The translations under genes and the position numbers were made by a program. The notes below the pieces were generated by a model that had not been told where the DNA came from, ran no database searches, and was given only the letters and a program-made list of their open reading frames with translations. Positions 1-8,410 of a stretch of DNA of 64,000 nt are shown here, one piece after another (positions within the stretch are counted from its first letter, which is position 1; every line of letters begins with the position of its first letter). The DNA comes from an uncultured Woeseiaceae bacterium (GTDB lineage Bacteria; Pseudomonadota; Gammaproteobacteria; Steroidobacterales; Woeseiaceae), in assembly GCA_964602525.1 (NCBI GenBank), contig CAZRSA010000001.1:20024-84023 (forward strand), given 5' to 3'.

Positions 1-87
1 CTCGGCATGGGGAAAGTCAGGCCGCCATACCAGTGAGCCGTAGCCGAAGATCCACAGTTCGTCTTTGTCCCCTCCGGTTGCGGACAT
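1..87 (-). CDS. ChaC-family gamma-glutamylcyclotransferase, N-terminal 29 codons only (gene runs off the left edge)
   Basis: Reverse-strand ATG at 85-87, then MSATGGDKDELWIFGYGSLVWRPDFPHAE. WIFGYGSLxWxP matches the ChaC N-terminal signature. Too short to appear in the ORF track. Confidence 0.5.
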   Translation of the reverse strand, partial: MSATGGDKDELWIFGYGSLVWRPDFPHAE

Positions 88-177
88 CCGGGATACCTGG
101 TTGCTGCATGCCGACGCAGGGCTTGATTCCGCCCGGCAAGTCGCCGAGCATCCCCGCTCTCCGGCCGGATTCTCGCA

Positions 178-471
178 ATGCCAGACAAAAAAAACGATAT
201 CGGACCCATCCTGAAACGCGAGTTGCTGCTCGCCGTTGGACTGCTGCTGGCCGGCATACTGTTGCTGCCGGCGGCCGTCTACGGCGTGGGTTTCCTGATT
301 TTCGGGGAATACCCCAACGGCCTGGCCGCCTTCTACCGCGAGATCTGGGGCGCGCTCGCCGGTGGCAACGGGGGCACCTGGTTTCTCGTGCTCAGTCCCT
401 GGCTGGTGGTCACGGCGGCCCGTCTCACCTGGCGCGGTATACGCCGCCCGCGCAACCGCAGCCCCGCGTGA
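178..471 (+). CDS. small hypothetical membrane protein (2-3 predicted TM segments)
   Basis: 97-aa ORF with G/C-rich third codon positions and hydrophobic stretches LLLAVGLLLAGILLLPAAVYGVGFLIF and WFLVLSPWLVVTAA. No family recognised and no clear SD. Confidence 0.45.
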   Translation: MPDKKNDIGPILKRELLLAVGLLLAGILLLPAAVYGVGFLIFGEYPNGLAAFYREIWGALAGGNGGTWFLVLSPWLVVTAARLTWRGIRRPRNRSPA

Positions 472-496
472 GGCTCGCCCCACAGGACGTCGAAAC

Positions 497-512
497 TGTG
501 AAGCGGTTCACA
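497..512. promoter_or_regulatory. CRP-type palindrome TGTGA-N6-TCACA
   Basis: Sequence TGTGAAGCGGTTCACA; arms extend to CTGTGAA/TTCACAG. Lies in an AT-richer intergenic patch about 140 bp upstream of the ATG at 650. Confidence 0.35.
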
Positions 513-649
513 GAACTTCCACGAAATCATGAATTTGACGGATACTTTGACAAAATTCTGTAAAGTCTCGGGTGCATCCTGCGGACCGGATAGCATAATA
601 ACGGCATCGTCCGACCGGTCGTCGGCGGCGCATCGAGAACAAGGACAGA

Positions 650-1021
650 ATGACGTCGTACCTGAAGAAACTGCTGGAAGAACGGCTGCTCGGCCGGTTC
701 CGGTCGAACCAGGCACCGGCGCCCGGACGCGGCGCCACGCCGATACTGAACCGAATGTTGTCGGAGCAGCGTGCCCGCGAGCGCCGGCAGCCGCCCCGGC
801 AGGAGGAGGCGCCGCCGCCTCCGCGGGTCGATCACCTGCCCGCGGGCACCCGCATCGTCTCCAACGGTAACGGCAAGAACGTCTACCTCGGCGAGATAGC
901 CGGGGACGGGCGCGACGAAGTGCTGAAGCTGCTGGACGACCCCTCGCTGTCGATCGACGAGGACCACGCGTTCGACCCCTACGACCACTCCGATTCCTGG
1001 CGCCGCGACGACCACCGCTGA
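650..1021 (+). CDS. hypothetical protein, charged/proline-rich, no recognised domain
   Basis: 123-aa ORF with strong G/C third-position bias and AAGGA 4 nt upstream of the ATG. No motif recognised. Confidence 0.5.
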   Translation: MTSYLKKLLEERLLGRFRSNQAPAPGRGATPILNRMLSEQRARERRQPPRQEEAPPPPRVDHLPAGTRIVSNGNGKNVYLGEIAGDGRDEVLKLLDDPSLSIDEDHAFDPYDHSDSWRRDDHR

Positions 1022-1162
1022 ACGTCCGCCGGGCGCGCACCCCTCGCCCTTGACATAACCCCTTGATTTTAATGCGGCTTGTGACCTGGTTCCTCGTTAC
1101 CGGCCGGGCGCCGGTGGCAGACTGTTCTCCGCTGTCCCTGTTGACCACGGAGGGTGCGGCCG

Positions 1163-1678
1163 ATGAAGACGCCACTGACTCGCCCCGCGGCCTGGATGCT
1201 GGCGATGCTGCTGGCCGGCGGGGCGCTGGCCGAAGAGGCGGCCGGTCCGCCGGCCCCCACGCCGCCTGCCGCCGCCGCGACTCCGTCGGCCGCAGGAGAG
1301 ATCATCGCCCGCCCGGGCAGCAGCGCGGCCACCCTCGGCTTCACCCTGCTGCCGCCCCGCTTCCGCCACACCGCGCTGCCTGCGATGCGCTCCGCCGGGG
1401 CGGGCGACGGCGACGCGAGCCCGGCCATCGGCGCCATGGACTACCGGGACCGGGCGCCGCTCATTACCCGGCTGAAGGAACTGGACGGCCTGAGGCTGCT
1501 CACCTTCTGGGAGACCCGCGCATTCTCGGTGTTCTTCGGCGTCTCACGTGAGGGCATCGCCGGCCTGAACATCGCTCAGAAGAAGGACGACCCGGCGGAA
1601 CGGGACGACGAGGAAGCCGGGCCGGAGGATCCGGCCCCCGAGCCTGCCTACCTGGCCGCTTCCGTCTACCGCCGCTAG
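1163..1678 (+). CDS. hypothetical secreted protein (Sec signal peptide)
   Basis: GGAGGG SD 9 nt upstream of the ATG at 1163; the track start at 1154 is a GTG abutting the SD. MKTPLTRPAAWMLAMLLAGGALA/EEAA looks like a signal peptide. Ala/Pro-rich linker and acidic tail. Confidence 0.5.
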   Translation: MKTPLTRPAAWMLAMLLAGGALAEEAAGPPAPTPPAAAATPSAAGEIIARPGSSAATLGFTLLPPRFRHTALPAMRSAGAGDGDASPAIGAMDYRDRAPLITRLKELDGLRLLTFWETRAFSVFFGVSREGIAGLNIAQKKDDPAERDDEEAGPEDPAPEPAYLAASVYRR

Positions 1679-1684
1679 CCCCCC

Positions 1685-3457
1685 TCAGCCGTCTTCCCGG
1701 GCCGCGGCGGAGGCGTCCCGCGTTGCGCGAAACTCGTTGCCCTCGGCCCAGTTCGGCCAGTCCCGCGTTCCCGCCAGCGCTCGGCCCACCGAGAACAGCA
1801 ACTCGATGTCTTCGACCACGCCACGCAGGTCCCAGTCCTCGCTGTATTCGTCGCTCACCTTGTGGTAGCGCTCGCTGACCCAGGCGCTGTTGTAAGCGAG
1901 GCCGTATTCCCTGCCCTTTTCGCGGTGGTCCACGCCGCCGCGCAGATACAGTGCGGGCACGCCGCGCTTGGCGAAACTGAAGTGGTCCGACCGATAGAAG
2001 AAGCCCTTCTCCGGCGTGGGCTCGCGCTCCAGGTGGCGCCCCTGGGCCTCGGCTGCCCGCGCCGCGTAGTCGTCCAGCTCGGAATTGCCGTAACCGATCA
2101 CCGTAATGTCGTGGCTCGGCCCCACCAGCGACATGGCGTCCAGGTTGATGTTGGCCACGGTGCGTTCCAGCGGAAACAGGGGGTGACTGGCGTACCAGGC
2201 GGAACCGAGCAGCCCCGACTCCTCCGCCGTCACGGCCAGGAACACCACGCTGCGCGCCGGTCCGGGCTCCAGGGCGGCGAACCCCTCGGCGATCTCCAGC
2301 ATGCCGGCCACGCCGCTCGCGTTGTCCACGGCGCCGTTGTAGATGCGATCCTCCAGCACCGAGCGGGCCACGCCCAGATGGTCCCAGTGGGCCGTGTACA
2401 CGATGTACTCGTCAGGATGCTCGGTGCCCGGCAGCATGCCGACGACATTGGCCGATTCCATGCTGGCGAGGCTGTTCTCGACCGCAACGCTCGCCTGCAG
2501 GCCCAGCGGCCGCGCCTCGAAGTCCCGGGCCGCGGCCGCGCTCACCGCCTCGTCGAAATCCACGCCCGCCGCTGAGAAGACGGAGCGTGCTGCCTCGCCG
2601 GTCAGCCAGCCCTCGATGGCCACCCGCGGCGGCGCCGCATCGCCGAGGTCCAGGTCGAACTGCTCGCCGCTCCAGCTGCCGCTCACCACCAGCCAGGGAT
2701 AGCCGGCCGCCTCGGTCTCGTGGACGATCAGCGCGCCGGCGGCACCCTGCCGCGCCGCCTCCTCGTACTTGTAGGTCCAGCGGCCGTAGTAAGTCATTGC
2801 GCGCCCGTTGAAGAGCTCCGGATCGCCGGTGGCGAAGCCGGGATCGTTTACCAGCATCACCACCGTCTTGCCCTCGACGTCGAGACCCTCGTAGTCGTTC
2901 CAGTCGTATTCCGGCGCAACGATGCCGTAACCGACGAACACCATCTCGCTGTCGCTCAGCGATTCGGCTTCCTCGTAGCGCTTGGTCCACACCATCATGT
3001 CCTGCTGGTAGCGGAACGACAGCGTCTCGTCGCCGCCCCCGATCTCCAGCGACGTGATCTCCTCGGCCGTCACGGAGACCAGCGGAACGGACTGCAGGTA
3101 GCTGTCGCCGTTGGCCGGCTGCAAGCCGGCCGCGCGAAATTCGGCGGTGAGGTAGTCGACCGTGTTGCGCTCGCCTTCGCCCCCTGGCGCCCTGCCCTGG
3201 AACTCGTCCGATGCGAGCACCTTGACGTGTTCGGCGAAATCCGCGGCGTCGATGGCGGCAATGGCATTGCCGGCGGCTGCATCCGCGGCGGCTGCATCCG
3301 CGCCGGCTGCGTCCCCGGCCGCGGCTGCCGGCGGCTCGCCCGCCGGCGGGCCCTCGTCCGGCGCTTGCCCGCCGCAGGCCGCAGTGAAAGTGCCAATAAG
3401 CGCTGCCATCGCGGCCGCAGCCGCCCGAAGTGATAACCGGCGCACAACGATGTCCAT
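1685..3457 (-). CDS. M28-family metallopeptidase (aminopeptidase) with PA domain, probable lipoprotein
   Basis: HWDHLG, NGAVDNASGVAGMLEIAEGF, AEESGLLGS and SDHFSF are the M28 zinc-ligand/catalytic blocks. N-terminus LIGTFTAAC is lipobox-like. Confidence 0.85.
   Translation of the reverse strand: MDIVVRRLSLRAAAAAMAALIGTFTAACGGQAPDEGPPAGEPPAAAAGDAAGADAAAADAAAGNAIAAIDAADFAEHVKVLASDEFQGRAPGGEGERNTVDYLTAEFRAAGLQPANGDSYLQSVPLVSVTAEEITSLEIGGGDETLSFRYQQDMMVWTKRYEEAESLSDSEMVFVGYGIVAPEYDWNDYEGLDVEGKTVVMLVNDPGFATGDPELFNGRAMTYYGRWTYKYEEAARQGAAGALIVHETEAAGYPWLVVSGSWSGEQFDLDLGDAAPPRVAIEGWLTGEAARSVFSAAGVDFDEAVSAAAARDFEARPLGLQASVAVENSLASMESANVVGMLPGTEHPDEYIVYTAHWDHLGVARSVLEDRIYNGAVDNASGVAGMLEIAEGFAALEPGPARSVVFLAVTAEESGLLGSAWYASHPLFPLERTVANINLDAMSLVGPSHDITVIGYGNSELDDYAARAAEAQGRHLEREPTPEKGFFYRSDHFSFAKRGVPALYLRGGVDHREKGREYGLAYNSAWVSERYHKVSDEYSEDWDLRGVVEDIELLFSVGRALAGTRDWPNWAEGNEFRATRDASAAAREDG
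3271..3315. repeat. three tandem 15-bp units inside the M28 peptidase linker
   Basis: cggcggctgcatccg x2 perfect (3271-3300) plus a third degenerate copy. In frame, encoding the ADAAA-type low-complexity linker. Confidence 0.6.
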
Positions 3458-3609
3458 GCTGACTCCTGTTTCGTTGCCGGCCGCCGGCGGGCGGCCGTGA
3501 ATCCGAGCCGCACGGTATACCAGAAACGGCGAGCGTGTACACGCCCGCGGAATTGACCCCGTTATGCCCGCCGCGTACGCTCGCCGCTACCTGCCGCGGA
3601 GAAAAAACC

Positions 3610-4179
3610 ATGACGCTGCGCATCAGCATCGAGCTCGAGGATTCCGATCTCGACCACTTCCGCCTGATCATGAAGGAGGCGCGCCAGGCCGCAGGCCGGG
3701 CCACCGAGGAGGAGATCATCGTCGCGGCCGAGAACCTGCTCGGCCAGGTCCGCGGGGGCAAGGTGCCCGCCTACATCCAGGAGCGGCTCGAGAAGCTCCG
3801 TGTGCTCACGGACATGCTGCGCGACGACGAGTGGAAGCTCCCGGACGAGGAGAAGAGCCGGGTGATCAACGCCCTGGCCTACTTCGCGGAGCCCGAGGAT
3901 CTCATCCCCGATCACATACCCGGGCTCGGTTTCCTGGACGACGCCATCATGGTAGAGCTGGTCGTGCGCGAGTTGCGCCACGAGATCGAGGCGTACCAGG
4001 ATTTCTGCGACTTCCGCGTGCGCGAGGAAGCGCGCCGCGGCCGGAAGAACGAAGACCCGGTCACCCGGGAGGAATGGCTGCGAAGCCGACGCCGCGAACT
4101 GCACTCGCGAATGCGCCGGCGCCGGCGCACCGAACGCAAGCGCGGCGGCTCGCGCCGCTCCCCCCTGTCGCTGTTCTGA
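3610..4179 (+). CDS. DUF1232 (YkvA-like) domain protein with basic C-terminal tail
   Basis: ALAYFAEPEDLIPDHIPGLGFLDDAIMVELVV matches the DUF1232 core. Start moved to the ATG at 3610 (MTLRISIELED). Confidence 0.65.
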   Translation: MTLRISIELEDSDLDHFRLIMKEARQAAGRATEEEIIVAAENLLGQVRGGKVPAYIQERLEKLRVLTDMLRDDEWKLPDEEKSRVINALAYFAEPEDLIPDHIPGLGFLDDAIMVELVVRELRHEIEAYQDFCDFRVREEARRGRKNEDPVTREEWLRSRRRELHSRMRRRRRTERKRGGSRRSPLSLF

Positions 4180-4181
4180 GC

Positions 4182-4541
4182 GTGAGCGAGGCCGAAGGAG
4201 ATCTCCCCCGGGACTACCGGGCGGCGGTCGCGGCGCTGGAACGCACGGTGGCCGGACAGCTGCGCGACGAGCTGGCCGAGGCGGGCGCCGACCGGGGAGA
4301 ACTCGCAGTGGAACTCCAGCGCCGTCGTGACGACTACCGTACCTGGCACCGCATGGCAGAAGTACCCCGGCGGGTGGCCGGCGTCGCGGAACGCCTGATC
4401 CGGGGCGAGCCGGCTCCCGCGGCACGCCGCGAACTGGAACTGGCGGTGCTGGCCGCGATGGTCAGGGCCCACGAACGGGCACTGGGGCAGACGCCGGGTG
4501 CCGGCCGCCCGGGCGTCAGGGCCAGTAAAACCAGCCGGTGA
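4182..4541 (+). CDS. hypothetical protein (weakly supported)
   Basis: GTG at 4182 overlaps the upstream TGA (coupling-like). Helical charged sequence with fair G/C third positions. The 3' end overlaps the convergent membrane ORF by about 25 nt. Confidence 0.3.
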   Translation: MSEAEGDLPRDYRAAVAALERTVAGQLRDELAEAGADRGELAVELQRRRDDYRTWHRMAEVPRRVAGVAERLIRGEPAPAARRELELAVLAAMVRAHERALGQTPGAGRPGVRASKTSR

Positions 4542-4800
4542 ACACCACGTCCGCCCACATCAGACCCTGGGCGGGCCAGCGCCACCAGAGCCCTTTCAGC
4601 TGCGCGTAGAAACTTGCCCCCGCCACGACTGTCATAGCCAGGAACAGTCCGAGACTGCCCACCAGCGGACGAAACTCCGCGGCGAGCCGCGGATATTCGT
4701 CGCCGAGGATGACGAAGATCAGCATCACCACGGCGAGGCCGAGACTGATCGAGGCGGCCGAGCCGAGGACGATGCCGGTGATTATGGTGAGTGGCTGCAT
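4516..4800 (-). CDS. small hypothetical membrane protein (3 TM)
   Basis: 94-aa hydrophobic ORF, divergent from prc. No family recognised. Confidence 0.45.
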   Translation of the reverse strand: MQPLTIITGIVLGSAASISLGLAVVMLIFVILGDEYPRLAAEFRPLVGSLGLFLAMTVVAGASFYAQLKGLWWRWPAQGLMWADVVFTGWFYWP

Positions 4801-4922
4801 AGGGCGTGTCGAGCGTTGCGAAGGCGTGTCGTTTGCCCTTGATCGGCGGGTCGGGGCATTCTAGCCTTGCCTCGGCGGGGTGCAAGTGCCGCCGCTGCGT
4901 CGGAATCGAGGACGGATCTGGA

Positions 4923-7049
4923 ATGATGAAGAGAATCAGAGCTGGTTTATTCGCGACGGCGATCGTGCTGGCCGGTGCCTGGGCAGGCGGCCTCGCATCC
5001 GTCGCCGCGGACGCCGTCCCGCCGGAGAGCAATCCGACGCTGGCACCCACCGACCGTCACGAGCAGATCGCGACGCTGGTCACGGATTTCATCGAGCGCT
5101 CCCACTACCGCCGTACCGAGGTCGACGACGAGGTGTCGGGACGCATCCTGGACGCCTACATCGAGGCCCTGGACGGCAACCGTTCCTACTTTCTCCGATC
5201 CGATATCGAAGCGTTCGAGCAGTACCGGGACCAGCTCGACGACGCCGTCTCGCGTGACGAGACCCTGGAGCCCGCCTTCGAGATCTTCCGCGTGTACAGG
5301 GAGCGCGCCGAGCGCCAGATCAGCCATGCGCTGGCCCTGCTCGAGGAAGAACCGGATTTCTCCGTGGAGGAGGCCTTCCGCTTCGATCGCGACGAAGCGC
5401 CCTGGGCGGCAGACCAGGCGGAGCTGGACGAACTCTGGCGCAAGCGGGTGAAGAACGACGCGCTCAGCCTCGTGCTGACCGAGAAGCCCTGGGAGGAAGT
5501 GCGCGACATCCTGGAAAAGCGCTACAAGCGTTTCCAGAAGCGTTTCGAGCAGATCAACAGCGACGACGTGTTCGAGACCTTCATGAACTCGTACGCTCGC
5601 ACCATGGATCCGCACTCGAGCTACCTCTCGCCGCGCAACTCCGAGGAATACCAGATCCAGATGAGCCTCTCCTACTTCGGCATCGGCGCATCTTTGCAGA
5701 TGGAGGACGAGTACGTCACGGTGATGAATATCATCCCGGGTGGCCCCGCGGCCATCGACGGCCAGCTCGAGCCCACCGACCGTATTACCGCCGTAGGCCA
5801 GGGCGACGACGGCGAGATGGTGGACGTCATCGGCTGGCGTCTCGACGACGTCGTGCAGCTCATCCGCGGGCCGGCGGGCACCACCGTGCGGTTGCAGATA
5901 CTGCCGGGCAACTCTCTGCCCGGCGCCGAGGAGGAAATGCTCTCGCTGGTCCGCGACCAGGTGAAGCTGGAGGAGCAGGCCGCGAAGAGCGACATCGTCA
6001 CCATCCCCCGCGACGGCCGCGACTGGCGGGTTGGCGTGATCACCGTACCCAGCTTCTACCGGGACTACGAGGCCCAGCGCGACGGCGAGAAGGACTTCAC
6101 CAGCACCACCCGTGACGTCGAGCGTCTCATCGGTGAACTGGAGGAGGAAGGCATCGACGGCCTCATCGTGGACCTGCGCAACAACGGCGGCGGCCATCTC
6201 ACCGAGGCTACCGCGCTATCCGGCCTGTTCATCGACCGCGGTCCGGTGGTGCAGCTGCGCGACTCCACGGGCCGCATCAGCGTCATCGACGACCAGTGGA
6301 AGAACGGGGTCGCCTACGACGGCCCGCTGGCCGTGCTGGTCAACCGTTTCAGCGCCTCGGCGTCCGAGATCTTCGCTGCGGCCGTGCAGGACTACGAGCG
6401 AGGCGTGGTAATCGGTCAGCGCACCTTCGGCAAGGGTTCGGTGCAGAACCTCTACGCCCTGGACCGCTTCCAGCGCGACAGGAGCGGCGATGGTCTGGGG
6501 CAGCTTACGCTCACTATCGGGAAGTACTACCGGGTCACCGGCGACAGCACCCAGCACCGGGGCGTGGACCCGGATATCGCCCTGCCCTCCATGATCGATG
6601 CCGAGGAGGTGGGCGAGAGCACCCGTGAGACCGCCCTGCCGTGGGACCGGATACGGGCTACCCGCTATGACGCGCGGGAACCGCTGGATCCCACCATCGA
6701 CCTGCTTTCCACGAGCTTCCGCGAGCGGCTGAAGAGCGACCCGGACTACGACTATCTCCTGAAGGACATCGAGGCCGCGCAGAGCATGCGCGAGCGCACG
6801 ACGGTGTCACTGTCCCTGGACGAGCGCAAGTCGGAGCGCGAGCGCCTGCAGGCGGAGCGCCTGACCCGGGAGAACGAGCGCCGCGAGGCTCTGGGTCTCG
6901 AGCCGGTGGAATCCGTCGAGGCGCTGGAGGAGGAGGAGGAACCGGACATCCTGCTCAAGGAGGCGGCCTCCATCGTCGCCGATATGGCCCAGTTCCTGGC
7001 CCTGCCCCGCCCGCCGGCCACCGAGAGAGCCGCCCGTAACGACCTCTGA
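4923..7049 (+). CDS. prc: carboxy-terminal processing (tail-specific) protease, S41A
   Basis: PDZ segment GIGASLQMEDEYVTVMNIIPGGPAAIDG; S41 blocks NNGGGHL and SASASEIFAAAVQDYERGVVIGQRTFGKGSVQ. Start set at MMKRIRAG (signal peptide). Confidence 0.9.
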   Translation: MMKRIRAGLFATAIVLAGAWAGGLASVAADAVPPESNPTLAPTDRHEQIATLVTDFIERSHYRRTEVDDEVSGRILDAYIEALDGNRSYFLRSDIEAFEQYRDQLDDAVSRDETLEPAFEIFRVYRERAERQISHALALLEEEPDFSVEEAFRFDRDEAPWAADQAELDELWRKRVKNDALSLVLTEKPWEEVRDILEKRYKRFQKRFEQINSDDVFETFMNSYARTMDPHSSYLSPRNSEEYQIQMSLSYFGIGASLQMEDEYVTVMNIIPGGPAAIDGQLEPTDRITAVGQGDDGEMVDVIGWRLDDVVQLIRGPAGTTVRLQILPGNSLPGAEEEMLSLVRDQVKLEEQAAKSDIVTIPRDGRDWRVGVITVPSFYRDYEAQRDGEKDFTSTTRDVERLIGELEEEGIDGLIVDLRNNGGGHLTEATALSGLFIDRGPVVQLRDSTGRISVIDDQWKNGVAYDGPLAVLVNRFSASASEIFAAAVQDYERGVVIGQRTFGKGSVQNLYALDRFQRDRSGDGLGQLTLTIGKYYRVTGDSTQHRGVDPDIALPSMIDAEEVGESTRETALPWDRIRATRYDAREPLDPTIDLLSTSFRERLKSDPDYDYLLKDIEAAQSMRERTTVSLSLDERKSERERLQAERLTRENERREALGLEPVESVEALEEEEEPDILLKEAASIVADMAQFLALPRPPATERAARNDL

Positions 7050-7059
7050 GCCGCCCCGC

Positions 7060-7075
7060 CCTGCGGGCCCGCAGG
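7060..7075 (+). terminator. GC hairpin after prc (weak terminator candidate)
   Basis: CCTGCG-GGCC-CGCAGG lies 10 nt after the prc stop. No clear U-tract. Confidence 0.3.
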
Positions 7076-7107
7076 CCCCTTGCCAACGTCAATTCAGGTG
7101 TTATACT

Positions 7108-7138
7108 TAACTACAACACTAGTTAACCATGGAACTAG
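7108..7138. promoter_or_regulatory. operator-like array of AACTAG/CTAGTT half-sites upstream of the tandem-RND operon
   Basis: TTAACTA-caaca-CTAGTTAA-ccatgg-AACTAG in an AT-rich patch. TTGCCA-N17-ATACTT promoter-like hexamers sit just upstream (7081-7109). Confidence 0.3.
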
Positions 7139-7227
7139 CACGGGACATCCGGCTCCCTGCCATGCGGCCGGCGCGCCTTACGCCCGGATCCGGTACCGGC
7201 GCGGCATCTGACAGACTGCGAGGAACA

Positions 7228-8379
7228 ATGAAGGCAATGGACACACGGGATGCAATACGCCGGGGGCGGCTCCCGGCCGGAGTGCTCACCGCCCTGCTGC
7301 TGGTCGGTTGCGGCGGTTCCGGAGGGTCGGCGCCTGCGGACACGGCGGACGCCGGCGACACCGACACGGAGGAAAGCACGGAGGCCGCGATACCGGTGGA
7401 GGTGGCCGCCGTGGCTCGGGACGACATCTACGCCGTCTACTCGGGCACCGCCGCCCTGGAGGCCTTCGCCGAGGCGGAAGTGGTGGCGAAGGTGGGCGGG
7501 GAGATCCGCGAGATCCTCGCCGAGGAAGGCGAGATCGTGCAGCGGGGCGAGGTGCTCGCCCGGCTGGACGGCGACCGGCTGCGCCTCGAGCTGGAGCAGG
7601 CGCGTGCCAATCTGGAGAAGGCGCAGCAGGAATACCGGCGCAACACCGAACTGCACGAGAAGGGTCTGCTGGCGGCGGGCGCCTTCGAGAACCTCAAGTA
7701 TGAACTGGACGCACTGCGGGCCGCCTTCGAGCTGGCGCGGCTCGAGTACAGCTACACCGAGATCCGCGCACCCATCGACGGCGTCGTCTCCGAACGCCTG
7801 GTCAAGGTGGGCAACACCATTGCCGTGAACACGCCGATGTTCCGGGTGACCGACCTCGATCCCATCGTCTCCTACCTGCACGTGCCCGAGAAGGAATTCG
7901 GCAAGATCGAGCAGGGCCAGCCCGTGTTCATCACCATCGACGCCCTGCCCGGCGAACGCTTCCGCGGCGTGGTCGAGCGCATCAGCCCGGTGGTGGACGC
8001 CGGTACCGGCACGTTCAAGGTGACCGTGGAGGTGGACGAGGAAGACACGGCGCTGAAGCCGGGTATGTTCGGCCGCCTCGACATCGTCTACGACTCGCGG
8101 CCGGCGCGGCTGCTGGTGCCGCGGCCGGCGGTGGTGGAGACGGAATCCGGCCCGGCGGTGTACGTGGTACGCGACGGCGTGGTCGAGCGCCGCGACGTCG
8201 AGACCGGCATCGCCTGGCGGAACCGGCTGGAGATCGTGTCCGGCGTGGAGGAGAGCGAGCAGGTGGTGGTGGTCGGGCAGTCCGGTCTGCGCGACGGCGC
8301 CCGGGTGAACGTGGTCGTGAACGAGGAGACCGCCATGCAGCTGAACGCGGAGCTCACGTCGGGCCGCAACCGGCTGTGA
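7228..8379 (+). CDS. RND efflux periplasmic adaptor (HlyD/MFP family)
   Basis: Lipobox-like LLLVGCGG, a coiled-coil hairpin (RLRLELEQARANLEKAQQEYRR), and a beta-barrel/MP domain typical of MFPs. GAGGA SD lies before the ATG at 7228. Confidence 0.85.
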   Translation: MKAMDTRDAIRRGRLPAGVLTALLLVGCGGSGGSAPADTADAGDTDTEESTEAAIPVEVAAVARDDIYAVYSGTAALEAFAEAEVVAKVGGEIREILAEEGEIVQRGEVLARLDGDRLRLELEQARANLEKAQQEYRRNTELHEKGLLAAGAFENLKYELDALRAAFELARLEYSYTEIRAPIDGVVSERLVKVGNTIAVNTPMFRVTDLDPIVSYLHVPEKEFGKIEQGQPVFITIDALPGERFRGVVERISPVVDAGTGTFKVTVEVDEEDTALKPGMFGRLDIVYDSRPARLLVPRPAVVETESGPAVYVVRDGVVERRDVETGIAWRNRLEIVSGVEESEQVVVVGQSGLRDGARVNVVVNEETAMQLNAELTSGRNRL

Positions 8380-8410
8380 ACCCGCGCCGGATACGGGGGA
8401 GGAGACTGTC

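Noticed and set aside
33-1175. Overlapping track ORFs 33-563 (+), 333-1175 (-), 527-1015 (-) and 529-870 (+)
   Set aside because: These are Arg/Pro/Ala-rich translations that cross the AT-richer intergenic gaps and overlap the better-supported frames (178-471, 650-1021). They lack start-site context.
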